From: an uncultured Thermoplasmata archaeon
GTDB lineage: Archaea > Thermoplasmatota > Thermoplasmata > Lutacidiplasmatales > UBA184
NCBI GenBank assembly: GCA_963771555.1
Contig: CAVYTM010000003.1
Location: forward strand, 51,410-115,409
DNA: 64,000 bases
Direction: 5' to 3'
Part shown: one piece after another, positions 52,851 to 62,502 of the stretch
Numbering within the stretch: the stretch's first letter is position 1
How the letters are laid out: every line of letters begins with the position of its first letter
The notes under the pieces: generated by a model
Seen by the model: only the letters and a program-made list of their open reading frames with translations
What the model was told of the DNA's origin: nothing
Databases searched by the model: none
Position numbers and translations under genes: made by a program

Positions 52851-53771
52851 GTGGGGAGCTACGAGGCCGGGCAGGATGGGGACGACCGAAACTTAACGCC
52901 GGGGAGCGGAGACCCGATCGGCGGAGGGTGGGACACTTCGCTTCGCCTCGGTCAGGACGTTCGTTTCGTCCTGGCCGCGGTCGGTGGCGGAGCCATCCGC
53001 GTGGCACGGGAAATCGCTCGCCGCCACATCCGTCACTTGGAGACGGTCGCGATCAATTGCGACCCGAAAGTTCAAGGATTTGATGAATTCGACCGCCGCG
53101 TCTATCTTGGTCCGGACTCCGGGATCGAGACCGACACCGGCGGCTCGCCGTTCGTCGGAGGAGTGCTCGCGCGCGCCGCCGAACCGGCCCTTCAGCGGAT
53201 CTTCCGCGGAGTGACCTTTGTCATCGTCGTGGGCAGTCTCGGCGGGGGTGCCGGCAGCGGCGCCTTCCCCTACGTGCTCGAGGTTGCCTCCCGGAACTCC
53301 GAGGTCGTCAGCGCCTTCGTGATCAAGCCGTTCCGGTGCGAGGGAGACCGTCGAGCCTTGGCGGACCGCGCCATCGGGCGACTCCACTTCGTCGACTCCT
53401 TCGTCGAGAAGCGCGAGCGCGGCGTCGCCACCCTCCAGACACTCGATAACGAGAGCCTGGTGCGGACGTGCGGCACGCTCGCCTTCTCGCGAATCGCCGA
53501 GCACTGGGCCTCCGTGATCGAGGAGCACATCGAGCGCTCGTTCCTCGCTCCGACCGAGGCGATCCTCAGCGCGGCGCAGCTCGCTCCCAGCGCACTCTCC
53601 GAAACGACCGGGAACGGGGAAGTCGAGACCCCGGAGTTCGGGGTCGTTCCCCCGGCCCGAGTCCCCGAGCCCCCTCTACCGGCGCCCATGCCAGCGCTTC
53701 AAGCGGAGCTGCGGGAAGTCGAGCTCACGTTCGAAGTCGACGGCCAAGCCCGACCTCCTCCGGCCCACTAA
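52851..53771 (+). CDS. Divergent FtsZ/tubulin-family protein, GTP-binding domain only
   Basis: VGGGA, AINCD, TGGSPFVG, LGGGAGSGA, KPFRCEG, LDNE motifs in FtsZ order; no T7 loop or C-terminal domain; true start possibly ~52928. Confidence 0.85.
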   Translation: MGSYEAGQDGDDRNLTPGSGDPIGGGWDTSLRLGQDVRFVLAAVGGGAIRVAREIARRHIRHLETVAINCDPKVQGFDEFDRRVYLGPDSGIETDTGGSPFVGGVLARAAEPALQRIFRGVTFVIVVGSLGGGAGSGAFPYVLEVASRNSEVVSAFVIKPFRCEGDRRALADRAIGRLHFVDSFVEKRERGVATLQTLDNESLVRTCGTLAFSRIAEHWASVIEEHIERSFLAPTEAILSAAQLAPSALSETTGNGEVETPEFGVVPPARVPEPPLPAPMPALQAELREVELTFEVDGQARPPPAH

Positions 53772-53859
53772 CCGATTCTCGGCGGGGAGGCGAACCCCCT
53801 TCCTTCCCCGCCACGAGCGAAGCTTAGCTTTATGAGAGGTTCCGGCTCGGGGACTCTCG

Positions 53860-54027
53860 ATGGACGGACGACTCCTCACGGTCCTCTTGCTCCTGGTCCT
53901 TCCCGCGGCGCTGATCGGGGTAACCTGCTTTGAGTTCCATTCGAACCCCGTCGCGATCCTCGGCCTAATCGGCGTGATGATCGTCGGGACGTTCTATCTC
54001 GTCTCGTACACCGAGTCGTTCGCGTGA
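53860..54027 (+). CDS. Small two-TM membrane protein (55 aa)
   Basis: Not in track: MDGRLLTVLLLLVLPAALIGVTCFEFHSNPVAILGLIGVMIVGTFYLVSYTESFA; TATA-like TTTATGA ~53829; fills the gap. Confidence 0.7.
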   Translation: MDGRLLTVLLLLVLPAALIGVTCFEFHSNPVAILGLIGVMIVGTFYLVSYTESFA

Positions 54028-54054
54028 GCCCACGGAGGCGGGACGCTCCGCCGT

Positions 54055-54861
54055 CTATCCGTACATTCCGGGAGTGGGCGTAACCGCCTCGGGGGGTGTC
54101 GAAGGTTGGTTCCCCGGATGGGACTTCATCACCGCACGCAGGGCCTTCTCGATCTGCTCCGCCTGGGCCCGCAGCGGACCCGTATCGATCCGGAGTTCGG
54201 GTAGCACCCGGTCGAGGCTTTCGATCAACGCTGCTCCGGCGCGATGGTCCGGGAGGCCTTCGGCCACCCGGGCGCTCACGAGAAGGACCGCGACGGGTAT
54301 CGACCGTCCGATCCCCTGGACGAGCAATGCCCCCGAAACCCCGCCGATCACCCCGTCCTCGAGAAGACGAGCTTTCGCCGGCTCGAACGCCTTGACGATG
54401 GCGGGTTCTTTGCGCGAGAAGGCGACCCACACCTGTTCCGGCGATTGTTCCTCGGCGACCGCGCTCTCCTCTCCCTCGGGCGCATCGTCCCCCGGAGGAT
54501 GCGGCACGACGCCCTCGAGGCCGATGATCATACGGGCCTTGTGGCGCTCCGCGGCTTCGAGGATCGTCCGGGCGATTGCGTTGGCCTGGGACGGGCTCGG
54601 GGGGAACTCGGAGAGGACGAGTCCGAGGTCGGACCGGCCGTACACACGGATGATCGGATTCACCTCGCCTCCCTGAACGACGGCGATCGGCGAAAGGTCG
54701 GGAGATTCGAACCGACCGATCCGCGGCACGCTCAGCGCGCGGATCATGTAGTGACCGGCGACGGTCGTGGCAAGTCCGGCGCTCGGGAACGCCGAGACCA
54801 CGACCGAGCCCTCTCCGAAGTCCTTCGAGGCGGGCGCTTCCTCTCGCCACGTGAATTCCAT
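54055..54861 (-). CDS. Proteasome assembly chaperone (PAC2 family)
   Basis: AFPSAGLATTVAGHY, PIIRVY, GVIGGVSGALL, LPDHRAGA, LRAQAEQIE, C-terminal MYG (HbYX-type). Confidence 0.88.
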   Translation of the reverse strand: MEFTWREEAPASKDFGEGSVVVSAFPSAGLATTVAGHYMIRALSVPRIGRFESPDLSPIAVVQGGEVNPIIRVYGRSDLGLVLSEFPPSPSQANAIARTILEAAERHKARMIIGLEGVVPHPPGDDAPEGEESAVAEEQSPEQVWVAFSRKEPAIVKAFEPAKARLLEDGVIGGVSGALLVQGIGRSIPVAVLLVSARVAEGLPDHRAGAALIESLDRVLPELRIDTGPLRAQAEQIEKALRAVMKSHPGNQPSTPPEAVTPTPGMYG

Positions 54862-54960
54862 GGTGGGCTCTCCGTCGGGGTCGAGGCATCGACCCCTATA
54901 GAGGCTGGCGGCCAATTCCGCGCGGTAACCCCAAGTACTCGGTTCCGCTCGGACGCCGCC

Positions 54961-55998
54961 GTGGGGCTCCCGCTCAAAGACCTCGTGGTCGCGCAGGAGC
55001 TTCCGTGGGATGCGTTGGCGGGCCGGACGCTTGCCGTCGATGGCTACAATGCCGTCTATCAGTTCCTCGCGACTCTGCGCCAACGCGATGGCCAGCTCTT
55101 CTGCGACCCCGAAGGTCGCGTGACGAGCCACCTGATGGGGGTCTTCTACCGAACGACCTCCCTCCTCCGGGAGGGAGTTCTTCCCGTCTGGGTCTTCGAC
55201 GGAAAACCTCCCGAGCGGAAGGCCGGAACGATCCGCCAGCGGATCGTCGCGAAGGAGAAGGCCGAGGAACAATGGCAGGAGGCGCTCGCGTCCGGCGACC
55301 TCGAAACCGCCCGGAAGAAGGCCGCCCAAACGTCCCGGCTGACCCGGCCGATGGTCGAAGAGCTGCGGCAACTGCTCACCGCGCTCGGTGTTCCTTCGGT
55401 ACAGGCTCCGAGCGAGGGCGAGGCCCAGGCGGCGATCATGGCCGCGAAAGGGTCGGTTTGGGCCGCCGCGTCGGAGGATTACGATAGCCTTCTGTTCGGG
55501 GCTCCCCGATTGATCCGGGGCCTCGCGGCCCGGGGCCGCGGTGGCGTGAGTCCGGGAGCGCAACTGGTCGACCGCGCTGAGGTCCTCGCGTCCCTCGGCA
55601 TCAGCGAAGAGGAGCTGATCGTCCTCGGAATCGTCATCGGCACGGACTTCAACGACGGGGTGCGGGGATACGGCCCCAAGAAATCGCTCAAGCTGGTGCA
55701 GGAACATCTCGGCTTCCGAGCCACCGTGGAAAAGGTGGGATTGGCCTTCGACGAGGCCGAGGAGGTCGCGGAGATCTTCCGACACCCCCAATTCGTCGAC
55801 GTCCCCGCCCCGTCCTTCGGGCCGGTCGACGAGACCGCGGTCCGCACGATCCTCGTGGACGCGCACGGATTCTCGGAAGAGCGCGTCCGAAGTGCCGTCG
55901 CCCGAGCTCGCCAGAGGCCCCGCGTGAGCTCGAGCCCCCAGGAGGCTCGGGGTCACCAGACGCTGATCGAAACCTTCGGAGGAACTCCCGATCCATGA
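54961..55998 (+). CDS. fen: Flap endonuclease 1
   Basis: AVDGYNAVYQFL, TSHL.G, VFDGKPP, APSEGEAQA, SEDYDSLLFGAP, GTDFN, PIP-like Q.LIETF. Confidence 0.96.
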   Translation: MGLPLKDLVVAQELPWDALAGRTLAVDGYNAVYQFLATLRQRDGQLFCDPEGRVTSHLMGVFYRTTSLLREGVLPVWVFDGKPPERKAGTIRQRIVAKEKAEEQWQEALASGDLETARKKAAQTSRLTRPMVEELRQLLTALGVPSVQAPSEGEAQAAIMAAKGSVWAAASEDYDSLLFGAPRLIRGLAARGRGGVSPGAQLVDRAEVLASLGISEEELIVLGIVIGTDFNDGVRGYGPKKSLKLVQEHLGFRATVEKVGLAFDEAEEVAEIFRHPQFVDVPAPSFGPVDETAVRTILVDAHGFSEERVRSAVARARQRPRVSSSPQEARGHQTLIETFGGTPDP

Positions 55999-57475
55999 CG
56001 TTATTCGAGTGTGTGCCGAATTTTTCAGAGGGACGCGAGACCGAGCGGATCGAACGCATCGTAGCTCCGGCGAGGGAGGCAGCGGGAGTGACCGTTCTCG
56101 ACGTCGAGCGCAATGCCGACCACAATCGGTGCGTGGTCAGCCTGGTCGGCGAGGGGGAGGCTCTTCTCGACGCCGTGTTCCGGATGATGAAGGTCGCCAC
56201 CGAACTGATCGACCTCAACGTTCAACGCGGCGAGCATCCGCGTATGGGGGCGACGGACGTCGTTCCGTTCGTGCCGATCGGTGCGTCGACCATGGCCGAG
56301 GCCATCCGTCTCGCCGAGAAACTGGGAGCGCGGGTCGCGAAGGAGCTCGGGATCCCGGTCTACCTTTACGCTTCCGCCGCGAAGAGGCCGGAGCGCTCGG
56401 ACCTCGCCAAGGTCCGGGAGGGACAGTTCGAGGGATTGCGCGAGGTCATCGCGACGGACCCGAACCGGGCGCCGGACTTCGGGGAGCCGAAGCTGCACGC
56501 CACGGCCGGCGCCGTTGCGATCGGCGCCCGTCCGGTGCTCATCGCCTACAATGCCTATCTCACCACCCCCGACGTGGCGATCGCCAAACGGATCGCGAAG
56601 GCCGTCCGCGCACGGGACGGTGGCCTCCCCGAGGTGAAGGCTCTCGGGTTCGAGATCCGGGAGCGCAACCGCGCCCAGGTGTCGATGAATCTCACCGATT
56701 ACCACGTTACTCCGATCCATCGGGCGCTCGAAGCCGTTCGTCGCGAGGCGCTGCGTTTCGGAGCCGGGATCGAGGAGTCGGAGATTGTCGGCCTCGTTCC
56801 CGAGGATGCGCTCTACGACGCCGCGGAGTACTATCTCCAACTCCATTCGTTCGACCGCTCCGCGGTCCTCGAGCGGAAGGTCCGCTCGGTGGAGGGCTCC
56901 GGACCGGGCCATGAGTCCATCGCCTCGTTTGCCGGGCGCCTCGCGGCACGAACGCCTACGCCCGGAGGAGGCAGCGCAGCGGGAGTGGTCGCGGCGCTCG
57001 CCTCGGCCCTCGGAGAGATGGTGCTCGCCTACTCCATCGACCCGGCCCAACCGGCGGAAGACCTCGTGGCGGTGAGCTCGGTCCTGACCCAAGGTCGCCG
57101 CCGATTCCTCGAGCTCGCGGACGAGGATGCCCGCTCCTACGATGCCGTTCGCCAATCGAAGAAGGTTCGCAAGGAGCGACCGAACGACCCGGCGGCCCAG
57201 GAAGCCTACTTGAAGGCCGTGCGGGGAGCGGCTGAGGTCCCGCTCGAGACCGCCCGTCGCGCGGTCGAGCTCGCCCACCGCCTTGACGGCGTGCGGACGC
57301 GCACGCGCGCGGCGCTGACGAGCGACCTCGTGACGTCCCTCGCCATGTTCCGCGCGGCGACCGAAGGGGCGCTCGCGAACGTCGCCATCAACCTCGACGA
57401 CCTGAAGGCCGCGGGTCAACCGATCGACGACTCTCGAGGCCGAGCGCGCTCCGGCTCACCCCACCGGCGCGCTGA
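55995..57475 (+). CDS. ftcd: Glutamate formimidoyltransferase / formiminoTHF cyclodeaminase fusion (3' end blurred by indels)
   Basis: ECVPNFSEGR, DHNR, GEHPRMGATDVVPF, QVSMNL; second domain TPTPGGGSAA..EVPLETA..NVAINL. Confidence 0.92.
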
Positions 57476-57485
57476 GGTCCATCGA

Positions 57486-58231
57486 ATGGGCACCCCGAAC
57501 GACCCCAAGGCACGGCGCCCGTTCGTCTGGGTGAACTGTGCCGCGTCGCTCGACGGTCGACTCGCGTTCGCGGGCGGGAAGCGCGCGGGCCTCTCGAGTC
57601 CGGAGGACCTCGAGCGGGTCCAGCGCCTCAGGACGGAAGCCGACGCCATCCTCGTGGGGGTCGGCACGGTCGTCAAGGACGATCCTTCGTTGCGGGTCCA
57701 CTGGGAACTGCTCGGTCAGACCGCCCGGGAAGAACCCGACTCGGGTAATCGTCGACGCGAGCGGCCGGACACCGACCAACGCTCGCGTCCTCGACGGGTC
57801 GACCCCCACGATCATCGCAACCTCCGAGCGCGACCACTCGGGTCTTCCCGCTCGCACGTTCGGACCGTCATCGCCGGTGCGTCCCGGGTCGACCTCGGTC
57901 GTCTCTTCACGGTCCTCTTCGATCTGGGGAGTTCGAAAACTGATGGTCGAAGGGGGCGCCGAGATCCTCTCGAGCGTGTTGCGCGCCGGGCTGTTCGATC
58001 GATTTACCATCTACTATGCCCCGACCGTCATCGGTGGAGCAACGGCTCCCGCCCGTCGTGAGCGGACCCGATACCCAAGGCCCCGAGGATGAGGTGAAGT
58101 TCGAGCTCGTCTGGGCCTCGAGCGCGAGGGCGACGGATACCTGGCCACGTACGCTCCGCCGGGCCGAAGGGGGGACGCATCGGAGCCGGGGGCCGCCCCG
58201 ATTCCACCGGGACGCACCTTCATTACCCTGA
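57486..58231 (+). CDS. RibD C-terminal-type pyrimidine reductase (several frameshifts, end uncertain)
   Basis: RPFVWVNCAASLDG, DAILVGVGTV.KDDPSL, RVIVD, LMVEGG spread over three frames. Confidence 0.82.
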
Positions 58232-58276
58232 ACGGACGTTCAGGAGCTGCGGAACCCTCCGTGAACGGAGCTTTCT

Positions 58277-58683
58277 GTGACCACGCAATACCCGGCGACC
58301 ACGTATCCCGCGAGCCCCTCGTCCGCTCGGCGTTGCCATACTGGCCGTTCTCGTGGGGCTTTTCGGAGTCCTCATCGTCCTCGGCGGTCTTCTCGTTCTC
58401 GCGGGGCCGCGCGCTCTGACGTTCCTCGGGGTTCCCTCGCGATTCGCGGGAGGGCGTGGCGTCGCTGTGCGGCGTCATCGTCCTGATCATCGGTCTCATC
58501 ATCCTCGGGCTCGCGCTCGGTCTCTGGCACCTGCGGATGTGGGCGCTCGTCCTCACCCTGATTCTTCGTCTTCATCGAGCTGGTGAGCTTCGCCATCGCG
58601 GTGAAACTTCTGTCGCTCGGCTTCATCCTCTCGGACTGATCATCTTCGTCTACCTGCTCGCGGTCAATCGCCACTTCCGTTGA
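58277..58683 (+). CDS. Small multi-pass membrane protein (frameshifted)
   Basis: Hydrophobic segments across frames, ending GLWHLRMWAL..GLIIFVYLLAVNRHFR. Confidence 0.55.
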
Positions 58684-58786
58684 ACCACAGCCGCTCCCGT
58701 CCGAAATCGCGGACCGCGCTCGGCGTTCCGCGGCATCGCGCTCCCGTTATCAACCCGGAGGGTTCCCCGCTATCGGAAGGCTCTCG

Positions 58787-59792
58787 ATGAAGCTCGTCCA
58801 CTTCACGCTGCAGGACCAGTTCCACTTCGGCATGATCACGGACGCCAACGAGTTCATCGACCTCGACACCGCGGTCCGCGACTACTACGGGGTGAACCCG
58901 GTCAAAGGCGCGGACCCGAGCCGGTTCCGCGACATGCAGGCGTTCTTCGGCGGCGGGGCCGATTCGGTGGAGCTGACGAAGAAGATCCTGCAGTACGTCG
59001 ACCGTCGCCGGGCCGCCGGATGGACTCCCCGGGCAGCGACCGGGGCGCGATTCCTGTTCAAGCCCGAGGAAGGCATCAAGCTCCTCGCTCCGGTCGTGCG
59101 CACGAGCAAGATCTACTGTCTCGCCTCCAACTCGAGGAGCCACGTCACGGAGCAGGGGCGACCGCTTCCGAAGAATCCCTTCGTCTTCTCCCGGCAGTTC
59201 AACAGCCTCGTCGGCCCCAGCGAGAACCTGATGCTGAATCCCACGGGAACCTTCCCGGACGTCGAGCTCGAGCTCGCTGCGGTCATCGGCCAACGAGGAA
59301 AGCACATCCCCGCGGCGAAGGCGATGGAGTACGTGGCCGGTTACACCATCGCTCTCGATATGGGCTACCGGGACCTCCAGTACCCCACCCAGGGCACGGT
59401 CGACTGGGTGATGGGAAAGGGGTTCGACGCCACGATGGCCGTGGGTCCCTGGGTCGTCCCGAAGGAAGAGGTCGGCGAACCGTACCCGCTCGACAATGGA
59501 ACTCAAGGTCGGCGGAACGGTGCGCCAGCACGGCGACACCTCGGACTACATCTTCCGGATCCCCGAGATCATTGCGCACCTGTCCCAGGGGATCACCTTC
59601 GAGCCGGGCGACATCCTCTCGCTCGGCAGCCTGGGGGGCGTCCCCGGGTTCGAGTTCGGCAACGAGTCGAGGAAGCTGAAACCGGGCGACCAGGTGGAAG
59701 GGTCGATCGAGAAGATCGGCCGGCTGGTCATCCCGGTGAAGGCCGAAGCTCCGCCTCCCCCCGCAGCAGCAGGAACAGCGCCTCCGGCGTAG
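58787..59792 (+). CDS. Fumarylacetoacetate hydrolase family protein (frameshift ~59490)
   Basis: SKIYCLASNSRSH, DVELELAAVIG, GYTIALD, KGFD..GPW; second frame RQHGDT..IAHLS..TFEPGDIL. Confidence 0.9.
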
Positions 59793-60993
59793 GGAGCTCG
59801 TCCGTCCCGTCCGGTACCGCGTGGAGCTCGCCTCCTGGGAACGGGTAGCGGGCCTCGACCAGGTAGGTGACGGCCGTTCTCGATTCCTCCAACCCGGAAA
59901 GGAGCGCGTCTCGGAAAGGGTCGAATCCCGCGATCTCCTCGCGCGCCAACGGCACCACTCGAAATCCGGTGCCGCCGTGCAGCGAGTTCGGGAGGCGGAT
60001 CAATCGGTGGATGTCGGTCGTGACCGGAGCGTCGGTCTCTCCCTGCACCTCGATGGCGGCGTGAGGAACGACGACCTCGAGAAAGTCGGTGGGCAGGTCG
60101 GACCGGAACACGTCGAGCGAGAGATGGGCGCGGATCTTCGCCGCCCCTCCCTGGTCGATGAGGAGCCTCGCGTAGCGCCGTGCCTTCACCGGAGCGATCC
60201 CGTAGCTCGTCATCTCGGCGACGGCCACGGAGGACCCCTGTTCTTCCCACCGCCGCAGCATCTCGAGGAGGGCCCTCGTGGTCCGACCTCGCCACCCGGG
60301 GGCGTCGGGCGGCGCGAGGGTTCGAGTCCGAGGGACGGAGCGACTCACCGGTCCCGGGTCGCTTTCCTCGTCGAGGCCGGCCGCGGTTCGCCCGGACCGG
60401 ACGTCGGTCCGTCGACCTTCGACCACCATCATCGGGTCAAAGCCCGTCCCGAGAACGTAATCGACGAGCTCCCGCCGTTCGGGGCTGCTCAAGGGACGGA
60501 ACCGGTCGTCCCGAACGTGGACGTGGTAGCCGCGGCCCCCCGAAAAGACGAAGGAGGTCGACTCGGGTTCGATGCCGAAATCGCCGAACAGGAAATCGTC
60601 GACCAGCGCGACGAGCCGGGTCTTCACGAGGTCGAGTTGACCCGCGTAGTCCAGGGCTTCCGCACCGCGAAGGTGGTCGGAGTCGAGGTCGAAGATCAGG
60701 TCCGCGCCCTGCCATCCCTTCTCGGTCATGGTCGGGGCCGCCGGGTGCCGATAGTACGCGGACGAGTAGTAGACGTGGCGAGGCGTCTCCCGCCGCAGGA
60801 ACCCGTGGAACTCTTCGGGGGTGCGCAGCGTCGCGTGCCGGCGCATCATCGTCTCGGTCGCGAACGGGAAGGCGGCGAACTCGCGGCGCGCGAGCCGATG
60901 CGGTGGGGGGATCGAGGCATGATCGTAGTAGTCGGCGAACCGTCGACGCGCCCACTCGAGGGGAGCGCCCTCGATCGCGACCGTCTTGCCCAC
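59728..60993 (-). CDS. priS: DNA primase catalytic (small) subunit
   Basis: REFA, HVYYSSAYY, GADLIFDLDSDHL, FSGGRGYHVHV, DAPVTTDIHRLIRLPNSLHG. Confidence 0.95.
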   Translation of the reverse strand: MGKTVAIEGAPLEWARRRFADYYDHASIPPPHRLARREFAAFPFATETMMRRHATLRTPEEFHGFLRRETPRHVYYSSAYYRHPAAPTMTEKGWQGADLIFDLDSDHLRGAEALDYAGQLDLVKTRLVALVDDFLFGDFGIEPESTSFVFSGGRGYHVHVRDDRFRPLSSPERRELVDYVLGTGFDPMMVVEGRRTDVRSGRTAAGLDEESDPGPVSRSVPRTRTLAPPDAPGWRGRTTRALLEMLRRWEEQGSSVAVAEMTSYGIAPVKARRYARLLIDQGGAAKIRAHLSLDVFRSDLPTDFLEVVVPHAAIEVQGETDAPVTTDIHRLIRLPNSLHGGTGFRVVPLAREEIAGFDPFRDALLSGLEESRTAVTYLVEARYPFPGGELHAVPDGTDELPTPEALFLLLRGEAELRPSPG

Positions 60994-60997
60994 GGCG

Positions 60998-61569
60998 TCA
61001 GCTCCCGGCGCCGTCGATCTCGTCGAGCGAGGTCGCTTCCTTGAGGGCGTCGTCCCGCTTCATGCGAGCCAGCAGGTGGAATACCGTCGAGTGCTCGCTC
61101 CCCTTGAGCAGGAGTTCGACCGCGCGAGTGGCATGCTCGAGCTGTTCCTCCTCCCCGATGAGGGCGACCGTGGACCCGTAGACGCTCACCGAGCATCCGG
61201 AGAGCTCCTCGATGCGGGTGCGCGCTCGGCCGTGCGTCCCGATCACGCGCGAACGGATCCGGCGAAGGGCTGCCTTGTCGCGGTGGCCGGTGGTGAGTTT
61301 GATATCGAGAACGCCGAAGAACGTGTTCTCCTTGAGGAGCCGCATCGCTCGGTCCGGAGAGAAGCCTCGACCGATGGCGAGCACGATGTCCCGCGCCTTG
61401 ATCGCTCCCATCGGGTCGGTGTCCGGGCTCACCAGACGCACTTCCCCTTCCTCCGCGTCCACAGCGATGTCGGTCGCCGTGGCGAGTGCGATGGACCTCT
61501 TGGTCCGCCCCCCGGCCCGATGAGGGCCCCCACCCGGTCATCGGGGATGCGGGCATAGAGCGTCGGCAT
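60998..61569 (-). CDS. KH-domain pre-rRNA processing protein Dim2/Pno1 (frameshift ~61480-61500)
   Basis: RIPDDRVGALIGPGG; AIGRGFSP..A.RL; RVIGTHGRAR..IEE; GSEHSTV. Confidence 0.9.
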
Positions 61570-61571
61570 CG

Positions 61572-62363
61572 TTAGGCCTCGGCGGAGGGAGGCCCGATCG
61601 CCTTTCCGCCCACCGCTTCCAGAAAGTCGGCCGGTTCGACCTCGAAGCCGAGGCGACCCAGGAACTTCGAGAAGTTCACGATATCCCGCTCCATCAATCG
61701 GGAGGCCTCGGGGTGGTTGGAGGCGACCGCCTGCGCCACGTCGATCAGCACCACATGCTCGTCCTGGATGAGGACATTGTAGGGAGAGAGGTCGCCGTGA
61801 ACCAGCTTGGCCTCCCGAGCCATTCGGCCGATCTGGACCACGAGCTCCTCGTAGAGCGTCGCCGGGTCCTCGACCGCGACGTCCACGAGGCGCGGCGCCG
61901 CGATCCCCTCAGGACTTCCGATGAATTCCATGACGAGAATGTTCCGGAAATGGCCGTACGGACGCGGGACGCGCACCCCGGCGTCGGTGAGACGACCGAG
62001 GATCGTATGTTCCCTACGGGTCCAGGCGAAGATAAGTCCACCGAAATTCCGCACGCTGGTCTCCCGTCGCAGCGACTCCAGTGCGTACGCGGGAAGATGG
62101 CGGAAGACGCTGTTCCCGATGCGATAGATCTTCACCGCCCGGAATTCCGCGCCGAGCGGCGCCCGGAAGACCCCGCCTTCCTTCCCGGTCGAGATCGGGT
62201 AGTCGACGGCGTCGAACTGGCCCCGGTTCACGAGGCGCGACACCGCGAGGAGCGTCGAGTGGTCGAAGAACTCGTCGAGGAGCTTTCGGTGCTCACCCTC
62301 CTTGCGCCGGTCCTCGAGGCGCTCGCGGCGGCGAGGAAAGACCACGTCGTGAGGTCGAGGCAT
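61572..62363 (-). CDS. rio1: RIO1 serine kinase
   Basis: ISTGKE, AVKIYR, LVMEFIG, VHGDLSPYNVL, IDVAQAV. Confidence 0.93.
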   Translation of the reverse strand: MPRPHDVVFPRRRERLEDRRKEGEHRKLLDEFFDHSTLLAVSRLVNRGQFDAVDYPISTGKEGGVFRAPLGAEFRAVKIYRIGNSVFRHLPAYALESLRRETSVRNFGGLIFAWTRREHTILGRLTDAGVRVPRPYGHFRNILVMEFIGSPEGIAAPRLVDVAVEDPATLYEELVVQIGRMAREAKLVHGDLSPYNVLIQDEHVVLIDVAQAVASNHPEASRLMERDIVNFSKFLGRLGFEVEPADFLEAVGGKAIGPPSAEA

Positions 62364-62502
62364 CGCTCGGGAGAAGGAGGTCGTCCGCTCTTAGGCTCTC
62401 GGGCGGCTCGAACGGCTCGAGCGGGAGCTCTCCCGGGGGCAGGGTCCTCTCGTTTCCTTTCGGTAAGCGACCCTATATCCCGTCCGGCCGAGTGTGTGGA
62501 CC

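Noticed and set aside
55995-58061. FTCD-RibD triple fusion
   Set aside because: The junction is garbled, RibD has its own ATG at 57486, and the region has several indels.
59728-59792. Convergent gene overlaps (also 27310-27352 and 20251-20318)
   Set aside because: Short tail-to-tail overlaps are common in compact high-GC genomes and may also reflect indels.
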